Source of the DNA: the human T2T-CHM13v2.0 reference genome, Homo sapiens
Reading direction: 5' to 3' (one strand)
Length of the DNA: 64,000 nucleotides
NCBI RefSeq assembly: GCF_009914755.1
Contig: NC_060945.1
Part shown: positions 13,090-31,487 of the stretch, in pieces
How the letters are laid out: the number at the start of each line of letters is the position of its first letter
Numbering within the stretch: position 1 is the first letter of the stretch
The notes under the pieces: model-generated
What the model was told of the DNA's origin: nothing
What the model saw: the letters and a program-made list of their open reading frames with translations, nothing else
Database searches by the model: none
Made by a program: the position numbers and the translations under genes

Positions 13090-14250
13090 CCAGAGCATCC
13101 ATTCTGGTGGATAAGCCAACCACATGGCCAGCTTCTGGGTGTGGACACAGTGCCACATCTTCCATCGCTTTCTGACGTATCCCACCAACACTGAAGAGAC
13201 AGCCTGGAGAGAGTGCAAGAGGAAGGCTGAGAAGGATCAGATAGTGAGTGCTGGCTTCTTTCTGACCCTCAGCACAACCCCAGGTGGTGACCATCAACCT
13301 TTAGGGGTGGGAGAGCAAGACTGATGGCTTCAAACGCTTCCCCAAGAAGATGGACACAGGCCACTCAGCTCATCCTCACAGCCAATGAGTTGACAAGCAA
13401 GCAGATGACAGTGACAGGCTTTTAGAAAGAGCATCAGAAGGTGGCCAGTTTTTCTTCAGCCTCAGCCAGGCCTTGGAACTTGACTAGGCCATCCACTTCA
13501 CCAGAGATGCCTTCAAGAACATCAGTAAGCTCTTTGCCAATGAGTCCAGGAAGGACCTTGGACCCAGCCATGGACCTGTTAGTGCTGTCTCAGGGACACC
13601 AGACCAACATCCTGGACATCATCCTCATACACAAGGAAGCTCTTACCAAAGTCACGGAGAACAGGCAACATGTGGCAGAAGTGAAGACAGAGGAGCAGAG
13701 GCTGATGGTGTCATTATCACAGGAACAGGATTTCTTTGGCCACTTTGGCTGAAATTCACCACTTCCATCCAATTCACTCAAGCGAGAGACTTGAAATCAC
13801 AGATGGACCATTTCTTGCAACAAGAGATACTATTTTTTCAAAAAGTCACCTAAAATTTGATAGTGTTGAATGACTAGCTATTCTATTGTGGACTTTTTCC
13901 AGTTCACGGGTACTTTCTACAGCAGAATGATAACAGTATCAAAGAGCTAGTGCCAGCTATCGGTGGTAGTACAAGGATGACTTTGTGCTCAACTGAAACC
14001 CAGCTGAATATAGACTTGTGTAGGAAAGTGTTAATATGGTGATAGAATAGAAACAGTAGCAAATGAACTAAATCATACTATGAATGCCTACACTACCATT
14101 ATAACTTTTTGAAGAATGATAATACTACTTACTTTATTGCCTTTTGAAGTAGGAATATTTTAGTGGATATGCTATAGACCTGAAACCCTATAAAGAATCC
14201 CAAAGAAGCTGGCTGGATAAAGCCTGCTATGGATGTCTTTATACTCAAAG
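13090..14250 (+). pseudogene. SNX18 processed pseudogene fragment (PX end, BAR domain, probable 3' UTR)
   Basis: [47 protein letters not shown]; LDPAMDLLVLSQGHQTNILDIILIHKEALTKV; ATLAEIHHFH..LKSQMDHFLQQEILFFQKVT; DSV at ~13859-13867. Matches the recalled SNX18 C-terminal half, intronless, with frameshifts and stops. Confidence 0.9.
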
Positions 14251-14252
14251 AC

Positions 14253-15390
14253 TGATGAGGCAATTCGAATATGTGTCCCCACCAAATCTCATGTTGAGTT
14301 ATGCTTCCTAATGTTGGAGGTGGATCCTGGTATAAGATGACTGAATCATGAAGGCAAATTTCTCATGAGTGGTTCAGCACCATCCCCTTGGTACTGTCCT
14401 CACAATCATGAGTGAATTCTCGTGAGATCTGGCCACTGAAAACTCTATATCACTCCCTACTCTCCGTGATTTCCTCTTGCCATATGAGACAATTCACTCT
14501 TTCATTTACCTTGCACAATGATTGAAAGATTTCTGAGGCCCCCCAGAAGCAGAAGCACTAAGCTTCTTGTCCACTCTGCAGAACCATGAGCCAATTAAAC
14601 CTCTTTTTCAAAATAAATCTTACCAAAAATGGCAAATGAGGACTGCAGCATTGCTATAAAGATACCTGAAAATGTGGAAGCAACTTCGGAACTGGGTAAT
14701 GGGTAGAGGTTGGAAGAGTTTGGAGGGCTCCAAAGAAGACAGACAGATGAGAACATTTTTGGACCATCTTAGAGACTGGTTAAATGGCTGTGACAAGGAT
14801 GCTGACAAAAACATGGACAGTGAAGGCCAGGCTGAGGGGGCCTCAGATAAAAATAAGAAGCTTTCTGGAAAATGTCTCTCTTTTGGATATGGAAAACTTA
14901 CACAATGCCTGTACCATCATTGTACCTTAGACGCAGTGAACTTGCTTTTTATTTCAGAGACTCGTAGGCAAAAGAGAATGTAGCCTTGACCCAGATGAGA
15001 CTTTGGACTTTGTAACTTTGAGTTAATGCTGAAATGAGTTAAGACTTTGGGAGACTGCTGGCAAGGCATGACTGTATTTTGCAATGTGAGAAGGACATGA
15101 GATTTGTGGGGTCAGGGACAGAATAATACGGTTTTTCTCTATGCCCCTTCCAAAACTCCTGTGAAAGTACACTCCCTAATGTTAGAGTCGGGGCCTAGGT
15201 GGAAAAAGCTTTAATCATAAAGGGGTGGGAGTGGATCCTTCACAAATGGCAAAGCACCAAGCCCTTAATGCCATCCTCCTGATAGTGAGTGAGTTCTCAT
15301 GACATCTAGTAGTTTAAAAGGCTGTGGAACCTCTTTCCTCTCTCTGTCTTGTTCCAACTTTTGCCATATGAAACATGTCATTGCCACTTG
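14253..15390 (+). mobile_element. MSTA-type MaLR: LTR, deleted internal region, partial LTR
   Basis: LTR text 'tgtgtccccaccaaatctcatgttg...gcagaaccatgagccaattaaacctct'; internal 'gcattgctataaagatacctgaaaatgtggaagc'; second LTR from ~15123. Confidence 0.8.
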
Positions 15391-15394
15391 GATT

Positions 15395-16290
15395 TCTGGC
15401 GTGGTTAGGAGGGGCCTGATCAGTGTGGGCCTGGTCAGTAGACCTAGGTCAGTGAGGACTATTTAGTGGGATCATGGTCAGCAGGGGTCTGCTTAGAGAC
15501 GGTCTCATTAGTGGGGTCTAGTAGTGGGGGTTTTGGTGAGTGGGGACCTATTGGCTGCCAGTCGTTTGGTGTCTGGTCAGTGCAAACCTGGGCTGTGGGG
15601 CTTGATCAGTGGAGACCTGGTCAGCTGGGGCTTAGTGCTGGTCTGGTCAGCATGGGCTGGGGCACTGGTGACCAGGTCAAGGGGTGCTACTCAGTGCAGG
15701 ACTGGGCACATGAGACTTAGTCAGCAGACCCTGGTGGGCGTGTCCTCATCAGTGAGGCCCTTGTCAGTGGGGTCCTGGTCAGGGCCGCCTTGCCAGTGGG
15801 ACCTAATCTGTAGTGTCCTAATCAGAGAGGACTTGGTCAGTGGTGACTTTTGTAGCACTGGTCTACAGGGTGACCTGGTCAGCGGGGATCTCAGCATTTG
15901 GTGCCAGTTCAGTGGGGTCTACTCACTAGGGTCCCAGTCAGGGGCATCTGGTGACCTTAGGCCTGGTTATTAGGGGCCTGATCAGTGGCAACCTGTTCCC
16001 TGGAGGCCTGGTCAGTGGGGCCTCATCTTTGGGGCCAGGGAATGAGGTCATGATCAGTGGAACCTGATCAGTGAGGCCTTGTCAATAATGACCTAGTCAG
16101 TGAGGACTTGTCAGTAAGGACTTGGTCCGTGAGGCCTTGTCAGTAAGGTCCTGGTCGGTGGAGTCCTTGTCATTGTGTGCCCGGCAGTGGGGGCCTTGTT
16201 AGTGGGGCCTGGTCATGAGGGTCTAATCAGTGAGGGTGTCGTCAGGGAGGACCTGATGTGTGGGGTCTGGTCAGCAGGGACCTGGTCAAT
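15395..16290. repeat. Degenerate G-rich ~15-bp minisatellite (GGCCTGGTCAGTGGG-like)
   Basis: Dozens of GGTCAG(T/C)GG cores with ~15-bp spacing. Confidence 0.8.
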
Positions 16291-16635
16291 GTGGGCTGCT
16301 GAGCACTGCTTGGATAAGCCAGGTGCAATGTGCATTATTGAAGGCCCTGTGGACAGCTGGGATAGCCCAGTGATGCCCAAGGGCCTAGTCAAAAGTGGAC
16401 AAAGCACGTGTTTGGATGGACCTGGGAGATCCTGCTCAGAGATTCTGACAGGACAAAGGTAAAGGAAGGGCTAGAGTGGCTGCAGAGATGGTCACAGTCT
16501 ATGGGCTGCACAGGATGAAGGAGGCCAGGGAACAGGCAGGGTGGGCAGTTGGGGTTCAGGGAGAGGCAGGTGCATGCTGGGAGGTCAGACCCTGTGAGGG
16601 CTTTGGGGGCGTCAGGTTGGGTAGGCTCCAGGCAC

Positions 16636-19600
16636 TCTCACTCACATAGGATTCCAGAACACTGCTACAAGGCTCTGAGTGTTTGTCCCTCACATAGGAT
16701 TCCAGAACACTGATGCCATTGTCTGAATGTTTGTCCCCCACATAGGATTCCAGAAGCCTGCTGCTGGGGTCTGAATGTTTGTCCCCCATCTAGGATTCCA
16801 GAACACTGCTGCGAGGGTCTGAATGTCTGTCCCTCACATATGATTCTAGAACATTGATGCTAGGGTCTGTATGTTTGCCCTTAACATATGATTTCAAAAC
16901 ACTGCTCCTGAATTCTGAATGTTTGTCCTTCACATAGGAATACAGAACACTGCTGCTGGAGTCTGGAAGTTTGTCACTCACATAGAATTCCAGAACACTG
17001 CTGTGAGGATCTGAATGTTTGACCCTCACATGGGATTCCAGAACACTGCTGCGAGGGTCTAAATGTCTGTCCCTCACATAGGTTTCCCGAACAATGTTAT
17101 GAGGTTCTGAATGTTTGTCCCTAACATAGGATTTCAGAGCACTCCTGCTGTGCTCTGAATGTTTCTCCTTCACATAGGATTCCAGAACACTGCTACGAGG
17201 GTCTGAATGCTTATCCCTCATATAGGATTCCAGAACACTCCTGCTGTGTTCTGAATGTTTGTCCCTCACATAGGATTCCAGAACATTCATGCTGGGGTCT
17301 CAATGTTTCCCTTAACATAGGATTTCAGAACACTCTTGGGGTCTGAATGTTTGTCACTCACATAGGATTACAGAACACTGCTGCTGGAGTCTGAATGTTT
17401 GTCAGTCACATAGAATTCCAGAACACTGCTACAAGGGTGTGAATATTTCTCCCTCACCTAGTATTCCAGAACACTGTTGCAAGGGTCTGAATGTTGGCCC
17501 GTCATATAGGATTCCAGAACACTGCTGCTGTGGTCTGAATGTTTGTCCCTCACATAGAATTCCGGAACACTGCTACAAGGGTCTGAATGTTTGTCCTTCA
17601 CATACCATTCCAGAACACTGCTGCCGTGGTCTGAATGTATGTCCCTCACATAGGATTCCAGAACACTGCCACGTGGGTCTGAATGTTTGCCCTCACATAG
17701 GATTCCAGAACACTACTGCTGGGGTCTGAATGTTTGACCCTCACATAGGATTCCAGAACACTCCTGCTGTGGTCTGAATGACCCTCACATAGGATTCCAG
17801 AACACTCCTGCTGTGGTCTGAATATTTGTCCCTCACATAGGACTCCAGAACACTGCTAAGATGGTCTGAATGTCCCTCACATTGTATTCCAGAACACTCC
17901 TTCTGTGGTCTGAATGTTTGTTCCTCACATAGGATTCGAGAACACTCCTGCTGTGGTCTGAATGTTTGTCCCTTACCTAGGATTCGAGAACATTCACACT
18001 GGGATGTAAATGCTTGCCCTTAACATAGGATTTCAGAACACTGCTCCTGGGGTCTGAAAGTTTGTCCCTCACATAGGATTCCAGAACTCTCCTGCTGTGG
18101 TCTGAAAGTTTGTACCGCACATAGGATTCCAGAACACTGCTGCTGTGGTCGGAATGTTTTTCTGTCACATAGGATTCCAGAACACTGCAGCTGGGTTCTG
18201 AATGTTTGTCCCTCACATAGGATTTCAGAACACTGCTACGAGGGTCTGATTGTTGGTCCCTCACATAGGATTCCTAAACACTGCTGCTGGGCTCTGAATG
18301 TTTGTCCCTCACATTGGATTGCAGAACACTACTGCTATGGTCTGAACGTTTGTCCGTCACATAGGATTCCAGAACGCTCCTGCTGTGGTCTGAATGTTTG
18401 TCTGTCACATAGGATTCCAGAACACTGCGGCTGGGGTCTGAATGTCCCTGACATAGGATTCCAGAACATTGCTATGAAAGTCTGAATGGTTGTCTTTCAC
18501 ATAGCATTCCAGAACACTGCTACGAGGGTCTGAATGTTGGTCCCTCACACAGGATTCCAGATCCCTCCTGCTGGGGTCTGAATGTTTGTCCCTCACAAAG
18601 GATTCCAGAACACTGCTATGAGGGTCTGAATATTTGTCCCTCACATAGGATTCCAGAACACTCCTGCTGTGGTCTGAATGGTTGTCCCTCACATAAGATT
18701 CCGGAACACTTCTGCTGTGGTACGAATGTTTGTGTCTCACGTAGGATTCCAGAACACTGCTACGAGGGTCTCAATGTTTGCCCCTCACATAAGATTCCAG
18801 AACACTGCTGCTGGGGTCTGAATGCTTGTCCCTCACATACGATTACAGAACACTGTTGCTGGGGTGTGAATGTTTGTCCCTCACATGGGATTCCAGACCA
18901 CTGCTGCTGGGGTCTCAATGTCTGTCCCTCAAAAAAGGATTCCAGAACACTGTTACAAGGGTCTGAATTTTTGTTCCTCACTTAAGACTGCAGAACACTG
19001 CTTCGAGGGTCTAAATGTCTGTCCTTCACATAGGATTCCAGAACACTGCTACGAGGGTCTGAATGTTTGTCCTTCACATAACATTTCAGAACTGCCATGG
19101 TCTGAATGGTTGTCCCTCACATAGTATTCCAGAACACTGCTATGAGGGTCTGAATGTTTGTACCTCACATAGGATTCCAGAACACTGCTATGAGTGTCTG
19201 AAAGTTTGTCCCTCACATAGGATTCCAGAAGACTGCTGCTGGGGTCTGAATGTCTGTCCCTCACATCGGATTCCAGAACACTGCTGCTGGGGTTTGAATG
19301 TCTGTCCCTCACATAGAATCCCAGAAGACTGCTGGGAGGGTCTGAATGTTTGTCCCTCACATAGGATTCCAGAACACTGCTACAAGGTTCTGAATGTTTG
19401 TCCCTCACATAGGATTCCAGAACACTGCTACGAGGGTCTGAATGTTTGTCCTTTACATAGGATTCCAGAACACTCCTTCTGGGGTCTGAATGTTTGTCCC
19501 TCACATAGGATTCCAGAGCACTCCTGCTGTGGTCTCAATGTTTTTTAATCACATAGGATTCCAGAACACTTCTACAAGGGTCTGAATGTTTGTCCCTCAC

Positions 19601-20815
19601 ATAGGATTCCAGAATATTCCTGCTATGGTCTTAATGCTTGTCCCTCACATAGGATTCCAGAACATTCATGTTGGGGTCTGAATGTTTGCCCTTATCATAG
19701 GATTTCAGAACAGTGCTCCTGGGGTCTGAATGTTTGTTCTTCATATAGGATTTAAGAACACTCCTGCTTTGGTCTGAAAGTTTGTCCCTCACATAGGATT
19801 CCAGAACTCTCCTGCTGTGGTCTGAAAGTTTGTCCTTCACGTAGGATTCCAGAACACTGCTGCTGTGGTTTGAATGTTTGTCCCTCACATAAGATTCCAG
19901 AACACTGCTACGAGGGTCTGAATGTTTGTCCCTCACATAGGATTCCTGAGCATTGTTGCCGTGGTCTGAATGTTTGTACCTCACATAGGATTCCAGAACA
20001 GTGCTACGAGGGTCTGAATGTTTCTCCCTCACATAGGATTCCTGAGCATTGTTGCCGTGGTCTGAATGTTTGTACCTCACATAGGATTCCAGAACAGTGC
20101 TACGAGGGTCTGAATGTTTCTCCCTCACATAGGATTCCAGAACACTTCTGCTGGTGTCTGAATGTTTGTACCTCACATAGGATTCCAGAACACTGCTGCT
20201 GGGGTCTGAACGTCTGTCCCTCAGATAGGATTCTAGAACACTGCTGTTGGGGTTTGAATGTCTGTCCCTCACATAGAATTCCAGAACACTGCTGCGAGTG
20301 TCTGAATGTTTGTCCCGCAGATGGGATTCTAGAACACTGCTGTGAGGGTCTAAATGTCTGTCCCTGACATAACATTCCAGCACACTGCTACAAGGTTTTG
20401 AAATGTTTGTCCCTCACATAGGATTACAGAGCACTCCTGCTGTGGTCTGAATGTTTGTCCCTCACATAGGATTCCAGAACACTCCTGCTGTGGTCTGAAT
20501 GTTTGCCCCTCACATAGGATTCCAGAACATTCCTGCTGTGGTCTGATTGTTCCTCAAATAGGATTCCAGAACACTGCTACGAGGTTCTGAATTTTTGCCC
20601 CTCACATAGGATTGCAGAACACTGCTACAAGGGTTTGAAAGTTTTCCCCTCACATAGGATTCCACAACACTCCTGCTGTGATCTGAATGTTTGTCCCTCA
20701 CATAGGATTCTCGAGCACTCCTTCTGTGGTCTGAATGTTTTTTCCTCACATAGGATTCCTGAAGACTGCTGCTGTCACTATAGTCGTTGCGAGTGTCTGA
20801 ATGCTTGACCTTCAC
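16636..20815 (+). repeat. CER (D22Z3-type) 48-bp satellite block, roughly 85-90 units
   Basis: Tandem CCCTCACATAGGATTCCAGAACACTGCTGCTGGGGTCTGAATGTTTGT; the 16-aa periodicity in the ORF track confirms a 48-bp period. Copy number estimated as length/48. Confidence 0.9.
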
Positions 20816-20945
20816 CAAACACTAAATATCCTGCCCCTTTAGTCTTGGACTTTCCAGCCTCCAGATCTGTGAGCAATAATCTCTGTTGTTTATGAATTAC
20901 TCAGTCTAAAGTATTTTGTTATAGTAGCCTAAAGAGACTAAGAGA
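20810..20945 (+). mobile_element. MaLR LTR 3' part (MLT1A/MSTD-like)
   Basis: 'tcttggactttccagcctccagatctgtgagcaataatctctgttgtttatgaattactcagtctaaagtattttgttatagtagcctaaagagactaagaga' is a typical MaLR LTR end. Confidence 0.8.
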
Positions 20946-21661
20946 GCATCACCTGCCCTGTCACCTCATCACCGCATTACTAAAGCTATACTAACAGCAG
21001 TCACCTTTAGTGGGTGCTTCATGCATGAGAATAAAGGGAAAAAATTGCAAGGCATACTAAAATCCAAAAAAAGAAAAAAATACAATTTGTGTCAACAGAG
21101 CAAGCTTCAGAAGCAGACAAAGATATGATTTTGGAATTTTTTTTAAACCTCTGGAGAATATGCTAAGGGCCTAATGAATGAAGTAGACAGCATTCAAGTG
21201 TAGATGGGTAATGTAATCAGAAAGACAGACATCGCAAGAAACTTCAACATAATGTAGTGGTAAAAAATGTGGTAAATAACTGAAGAATACCTCTGATGGC
21301 TTATTAGTAGACTGGACTCAGCTGAGTAAAGAATCTCTGAGCTTGAGGATTTATCATCAGAAACTTTGAAAACTAAAGAAAAGAAACACTGAAAAGAACA
21401 GAAGATGATATCCAAGACTGTGGGACAACTACAAAAGGTGAAACAGAGTAATGAGAATACCAGGAGGAGAAGAAATAGAAGAAAGTTCTGCAACAACCAT
21501 GTCTGAGAACTTCCAGTATTAATGTCAGACACCAAACCAAAGATCCAGGAAGCTCAGAGAACACCAGGCAGAATAAATGCCAACAACCTACACTTGGACA
21601 TATAATTTTCAAACTATATGAAATAAAAGATAAAGGAAAACTCTGAAAGAAACCAGAGGTG

Positions 21662-21949
<288 letters not shown>

Positions 21950-22282
21950 GAAACCAGAGGTGGGGCAGAAAACACCTTACCTACGGAGACACAAAGATAA
22001 GAACTGCATTCAACAATGCAGAAACTGTGAAAGCAAGAAGACAGTGAAATGAAAAATTCAAAATGTTGACAGAAAAAACCCACCAACCTAAGTTTCTGTA
22101 CCCACTGAAAACACCCTTCAAAAGTGAAGGAGAATTAAGGCCTTCCTCAGAAAAATAAAAATTCAAGAAACTTATTGCCAGGAGACCTGTCTTGCAAGAA
22201 ATGTTAAATGAAATTCTTTAGAGGGAAACAAAAGATATATAACTGAAACCTGGATCAACATTTTTTAAAAAAGAGCATTAAA

Positions 22283-22892
22283 GAATTGTGGTACAATAAA
22301 AACCTATGTATTTATTCTTAATTGATCTGACCAAGAAGTTCATAGACAATAACAAATACACACAGATAGATTATGTATGCTTATACACAAGTTAAATGAG
22401 TAACACTAATACAAGGAATGGAATGGAAGGATGGGAGGGAGGAATTGTGGTACAATAAAAACATGTATTTATTCATAATTGATCTGACCAATAAGTTTGT
22501 AGATAATAATAAATACACACAGATAGATTATGTATGCTTATACACAAGTGAAATAAGGAACAATAATACAAGGAATGGAATGGAAGGATGGGAGAGAGGA
22601 ATCAGGTGTTTTCTTTGTTAAGCAGGTAGTCACCCGTGAAGTGGGATAGTGTTATCTGAAAGTGGACTTGAATTGGTTGTAAATGTATATTGAGGAATTA
22701 GGTGTGTTCTTTGTTAAGCAGGTAGTCTTATTTGTGGGATAGTGGGATAGCGTTATTTGAAAGTGGACTTCAATTTGTTGTAAATGTTACTGAGGAATTA
22801 GGTGTTTTGTTTGTTAAGCAGGTAGTCTTATTTGTGGGATAGTGGGATAGTGTTATTTGAAAGTGGACTTGAATTGGTTGTAAATGTATATT
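22283..22892. repeat. Local tandem duplications: 2 x ~160 bp then 3 x ~100 bp
   Basis: GAATTGTGGTACAATAAAAAC at 22283 and 22442; GAGGAAT(C/T)AGGTGT at ~22597, 22692 and 22792. Confidence 0.85.
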
Positions 22893-23165
22893 GCAAATTC
22901 TGTGGCAACTAGTTAAAAAAAAAGTTTTAAAAAGAGAAGTACATGCTAAGAAAGACAGGGAAAATGTAGTCATCTAAAATCATCAATGAAAACTGCAAAA
23001 GGCAGAAAAAGAGTGGTAGACAAAAGAATGGAGACTGAGGAGAATGAATAGAAAACAGTAACAAATATAGTAGATATTAATCCAATGATATCAATAATCA
23101 CTTTGAATGTTAATGGTATGAATGTACCAATTCAAAGATAAAGATTGTCAGAGTCTATCAAAAGA

Positions 23166-26410
<3,245 letters not shown>

Positions 26411-26451
26411 TATTGTACACTTAAAAAAATACTTAAGAGGGTATATTTTAG

Positions 26452-28333
<1,882 letters not shown>

Positions 28334-28520
28334 TAAAATTTACATTTCTGAGTTAAGAATGCTTAAAATGTTATAAAAACAGAAGCACAATTCATTATGT
28401 GTTTCATTAATTACCTTTATTAAAAACAACACAATTATATTACAATAGGACAAAAAATGTTTAAGCAAATGAAAACGAAACCATGACATACCCAAACTCA
28501 GGAGGAGGCAACAAAGGCAG

Positions 28521-28760
28521 TGCTAAAGGGAAGCTTACAGCTCCAGATGCTTAAATTAAAAAGAAGATCTCAAACCCATGCTAAAGGGAAGCTTACAGCT
28601 ACAGATCCTTAAATTAAAAAGAAGAAAGATCTCAAACCCATGCTAAAGGGAAGCTTACAGCTGCAGATGCTTAAATTAAAAAGAAGAAAGATCTGAAACC
28701 CTTGCTAAAGGGAAGCTTATAGCTGCAGGTGCTTAAATTAAAAAGAAGAAAGATCTCAAA
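28521..28760. repeat. ~62-bp minisatellite, 4 copies, from L1 ORF2 sequence
   Basis: TGCTAAAGGGAAGCTTA at 28521, 28579, 28641 and 28703. Confidence 0.9.
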
Positions 28761-29888
28761 TCAATAACCTAACATTACACCTGAAGGGGGGAAAAAAAAA
28801 CTAATGACAAACCAAGCAAAAGGAAGAAAATAACAGATTAGAGCAGAGATAAGCAGAATAAGACCAGAAAAAAGGAAAAAAACAGAGTTTGTTTTTTTAA
28901 AGATCAATAAAAATTTTAAAACTCACAGCTATATTAAGAAAAAAGAGAAATCTCAAATACTAAAATCATAAATAAAAGAGGTGACAGTACAACAGATTCC
29001 ACAGAAATGAAAAAGATTACAAGAGACTAATGTGAGCAACCATATGCCACAAAACTGGGCAACCTAGAATAAATTTATAAATTCCTAGAAACACAAACCA
29101 CCATACTGCATCATGGAGAAATAAAAAATCCAAAGAGACCTGTAACTAGTAAGAAGATTCAACCAGTAATCAAAAACCCCACCAAAAAGAAAATTCCAGG
29201 TCCAGATAACTTCACTGGAAAATTTTACCAAATATTTCAAGAAGAATTAATGCCAATCCTCTGCAAAATATTCCAAAAATGTTCAAAAACCAGAAGGGGA
29301 CATTCCAATCCATTTATCAGGTCAACGTTTATCTGGTTCCAGAGCCAGATGAACACCTTTTGTAATAAAAACACTCAAAGAATTAGTAATATATGGAAAC
29401 TCCTCGGTAAATAAAGATTATACATGAAAAGCTCACAGCTAACATCATACTCAATGGTGAAAGACTAAAATCTTTTCCTCTAGGATCAGGAATAAGATAG
29501 CAACATCTCTTCCTGCCACTTCTATTCATCACAGTACTGGAATTTCTACTCAGAATAATTAGTCAAGAGAAAGTAATAAAAAGGATGCAAATTGGAAAGG
29601 AAAAAGTACAAAATTTTGTTCACAGACAACAGGATGTAATGGGTAAAAATCCTGAAATTCCCAAAATACTGGTAAAATAATGAAATTCAACAAAGTTTCA
29701 GGATACAGTAACACACACAAGTCAGTTGCATTTCCATAAACTAACAATGAACAATCTGCAAATAAAATTTTAAAAAGAGAGGCCAGGTGCAGTGGCTCAC
29801 ACTTATAATCCCAGCACTTTGGGAGGCCAAGGCGGGTAGACCACCTGAGGTCAGGAGTTCGTGACCAGCTGGGCCAAACCCATCTCTA

Positions 29889-30185
<297 letters not shown>

Positions 30186-30210
30186 TCATGCCTGCAATCC
30201 CAGCAGTTTA

Positions 30211-30546
<336 letters not shown>

Positions 30547-31274
30547 CTACAAAACACTGTTGAAAGAAATTAAACACAAATAAATGAAAAGAAAAGCTGG
30601 GTTTGCAGATTAGATGATTTCATCTTGGAATGATGTCAACACTACTCGAAGTGACCTAGATTCAATACAATCCTTATAAAGATTCCAATGACATTTTTGA
30701 TAAACAGAAAATCCTATCCTAAAATTCATATGGAATCTCCAGGGCCCATGAATAGGCAAATCAATCTTGAAGCAGAACAAAATTAAAGGTCTCAAAACAA
30801 TTACAAAACTGCAATAAGCCAAAAAAAAATGTGGTCATGGCGTAAAGACATACTTGACACACTTATGGACCAACACAACAGAGACCTCAGAAACCAACCC
30901 TGGCATATATGGTCTGATGATCTTCCACAAGGATGCCAAGACCACTCAATGGCGAAGGACAGTTTCTTCAACAAATGGTGTTGGGAAAATTGTATATCTA
31001 CATGCAAAACAATGAAGTTGGACTCTTACCTTACACCACGTTAAAATTAATTCAAAGTGAATTATAAACCTAAATGTAAAACTAGAACTATCAAACTCCT
31101 AGGGAAAACAAATTTGGAAAATGCTTTATGATGATGAATTTGTCAATAATTTTTAGGATATGACATTAAAAGCTCAGGCAGTAAAAGCAAAAATATATCA
31201 AACCTAAAAACTTCTGTACCACAAAGGTCACAACCAACAGGGTAAAAGGCAAACTGTAGAATAAAAGAAAATAC

Positions 31275-31487
31275 CAGTTGAGTGTCCCTTATTTGAAATG
31301 CTTGGGATGTGTTTCAGATTTTGTAATATTTGCATTATTCTTACTGGTTGAGCATCTCGAATTCAAACACCTGAGTCTGCGATGCTCCAATAAGCATTTC
31401 CTTTGAGTGTCATGTTGGCACTCAAAAAGTTTCAGACTTTGGAGCATTTGGGATTTCAGATGTTTGGATCAGAGACATTCAACCTAT
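31275..31487. mobile_element. Tigger4/MER46-type non-autonomous DNA transposon
   Basis: 'cagttgagtgtcccttatttgaaatgcttggga...gcatttcctttgagtgtcatgttggcactcaaaaagtttcagactttggagcatt...cattcaaccta' with imperfect terminal inverted repeats. Confidence 0.75.

Noticed and set aside
16636-20815. CRISPR-like appearance (conserved core with a variable segment)
   Set aside because: Variable parts are point variants of one unit, not unique spacers. The DNA is human and has no cas genes. The same applies to the 35-bp and 42-bp arrays.
16556-20818. Long Cys/His-rich (CPSHRIPEHCC) and VLESYVRDKHSD ORFs resembling metal-binding repeat proteins
   Set aside because: Artefact of a 48-bp satellite whose period is divisible by 3. 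ORFs occur on both strands and break at random.
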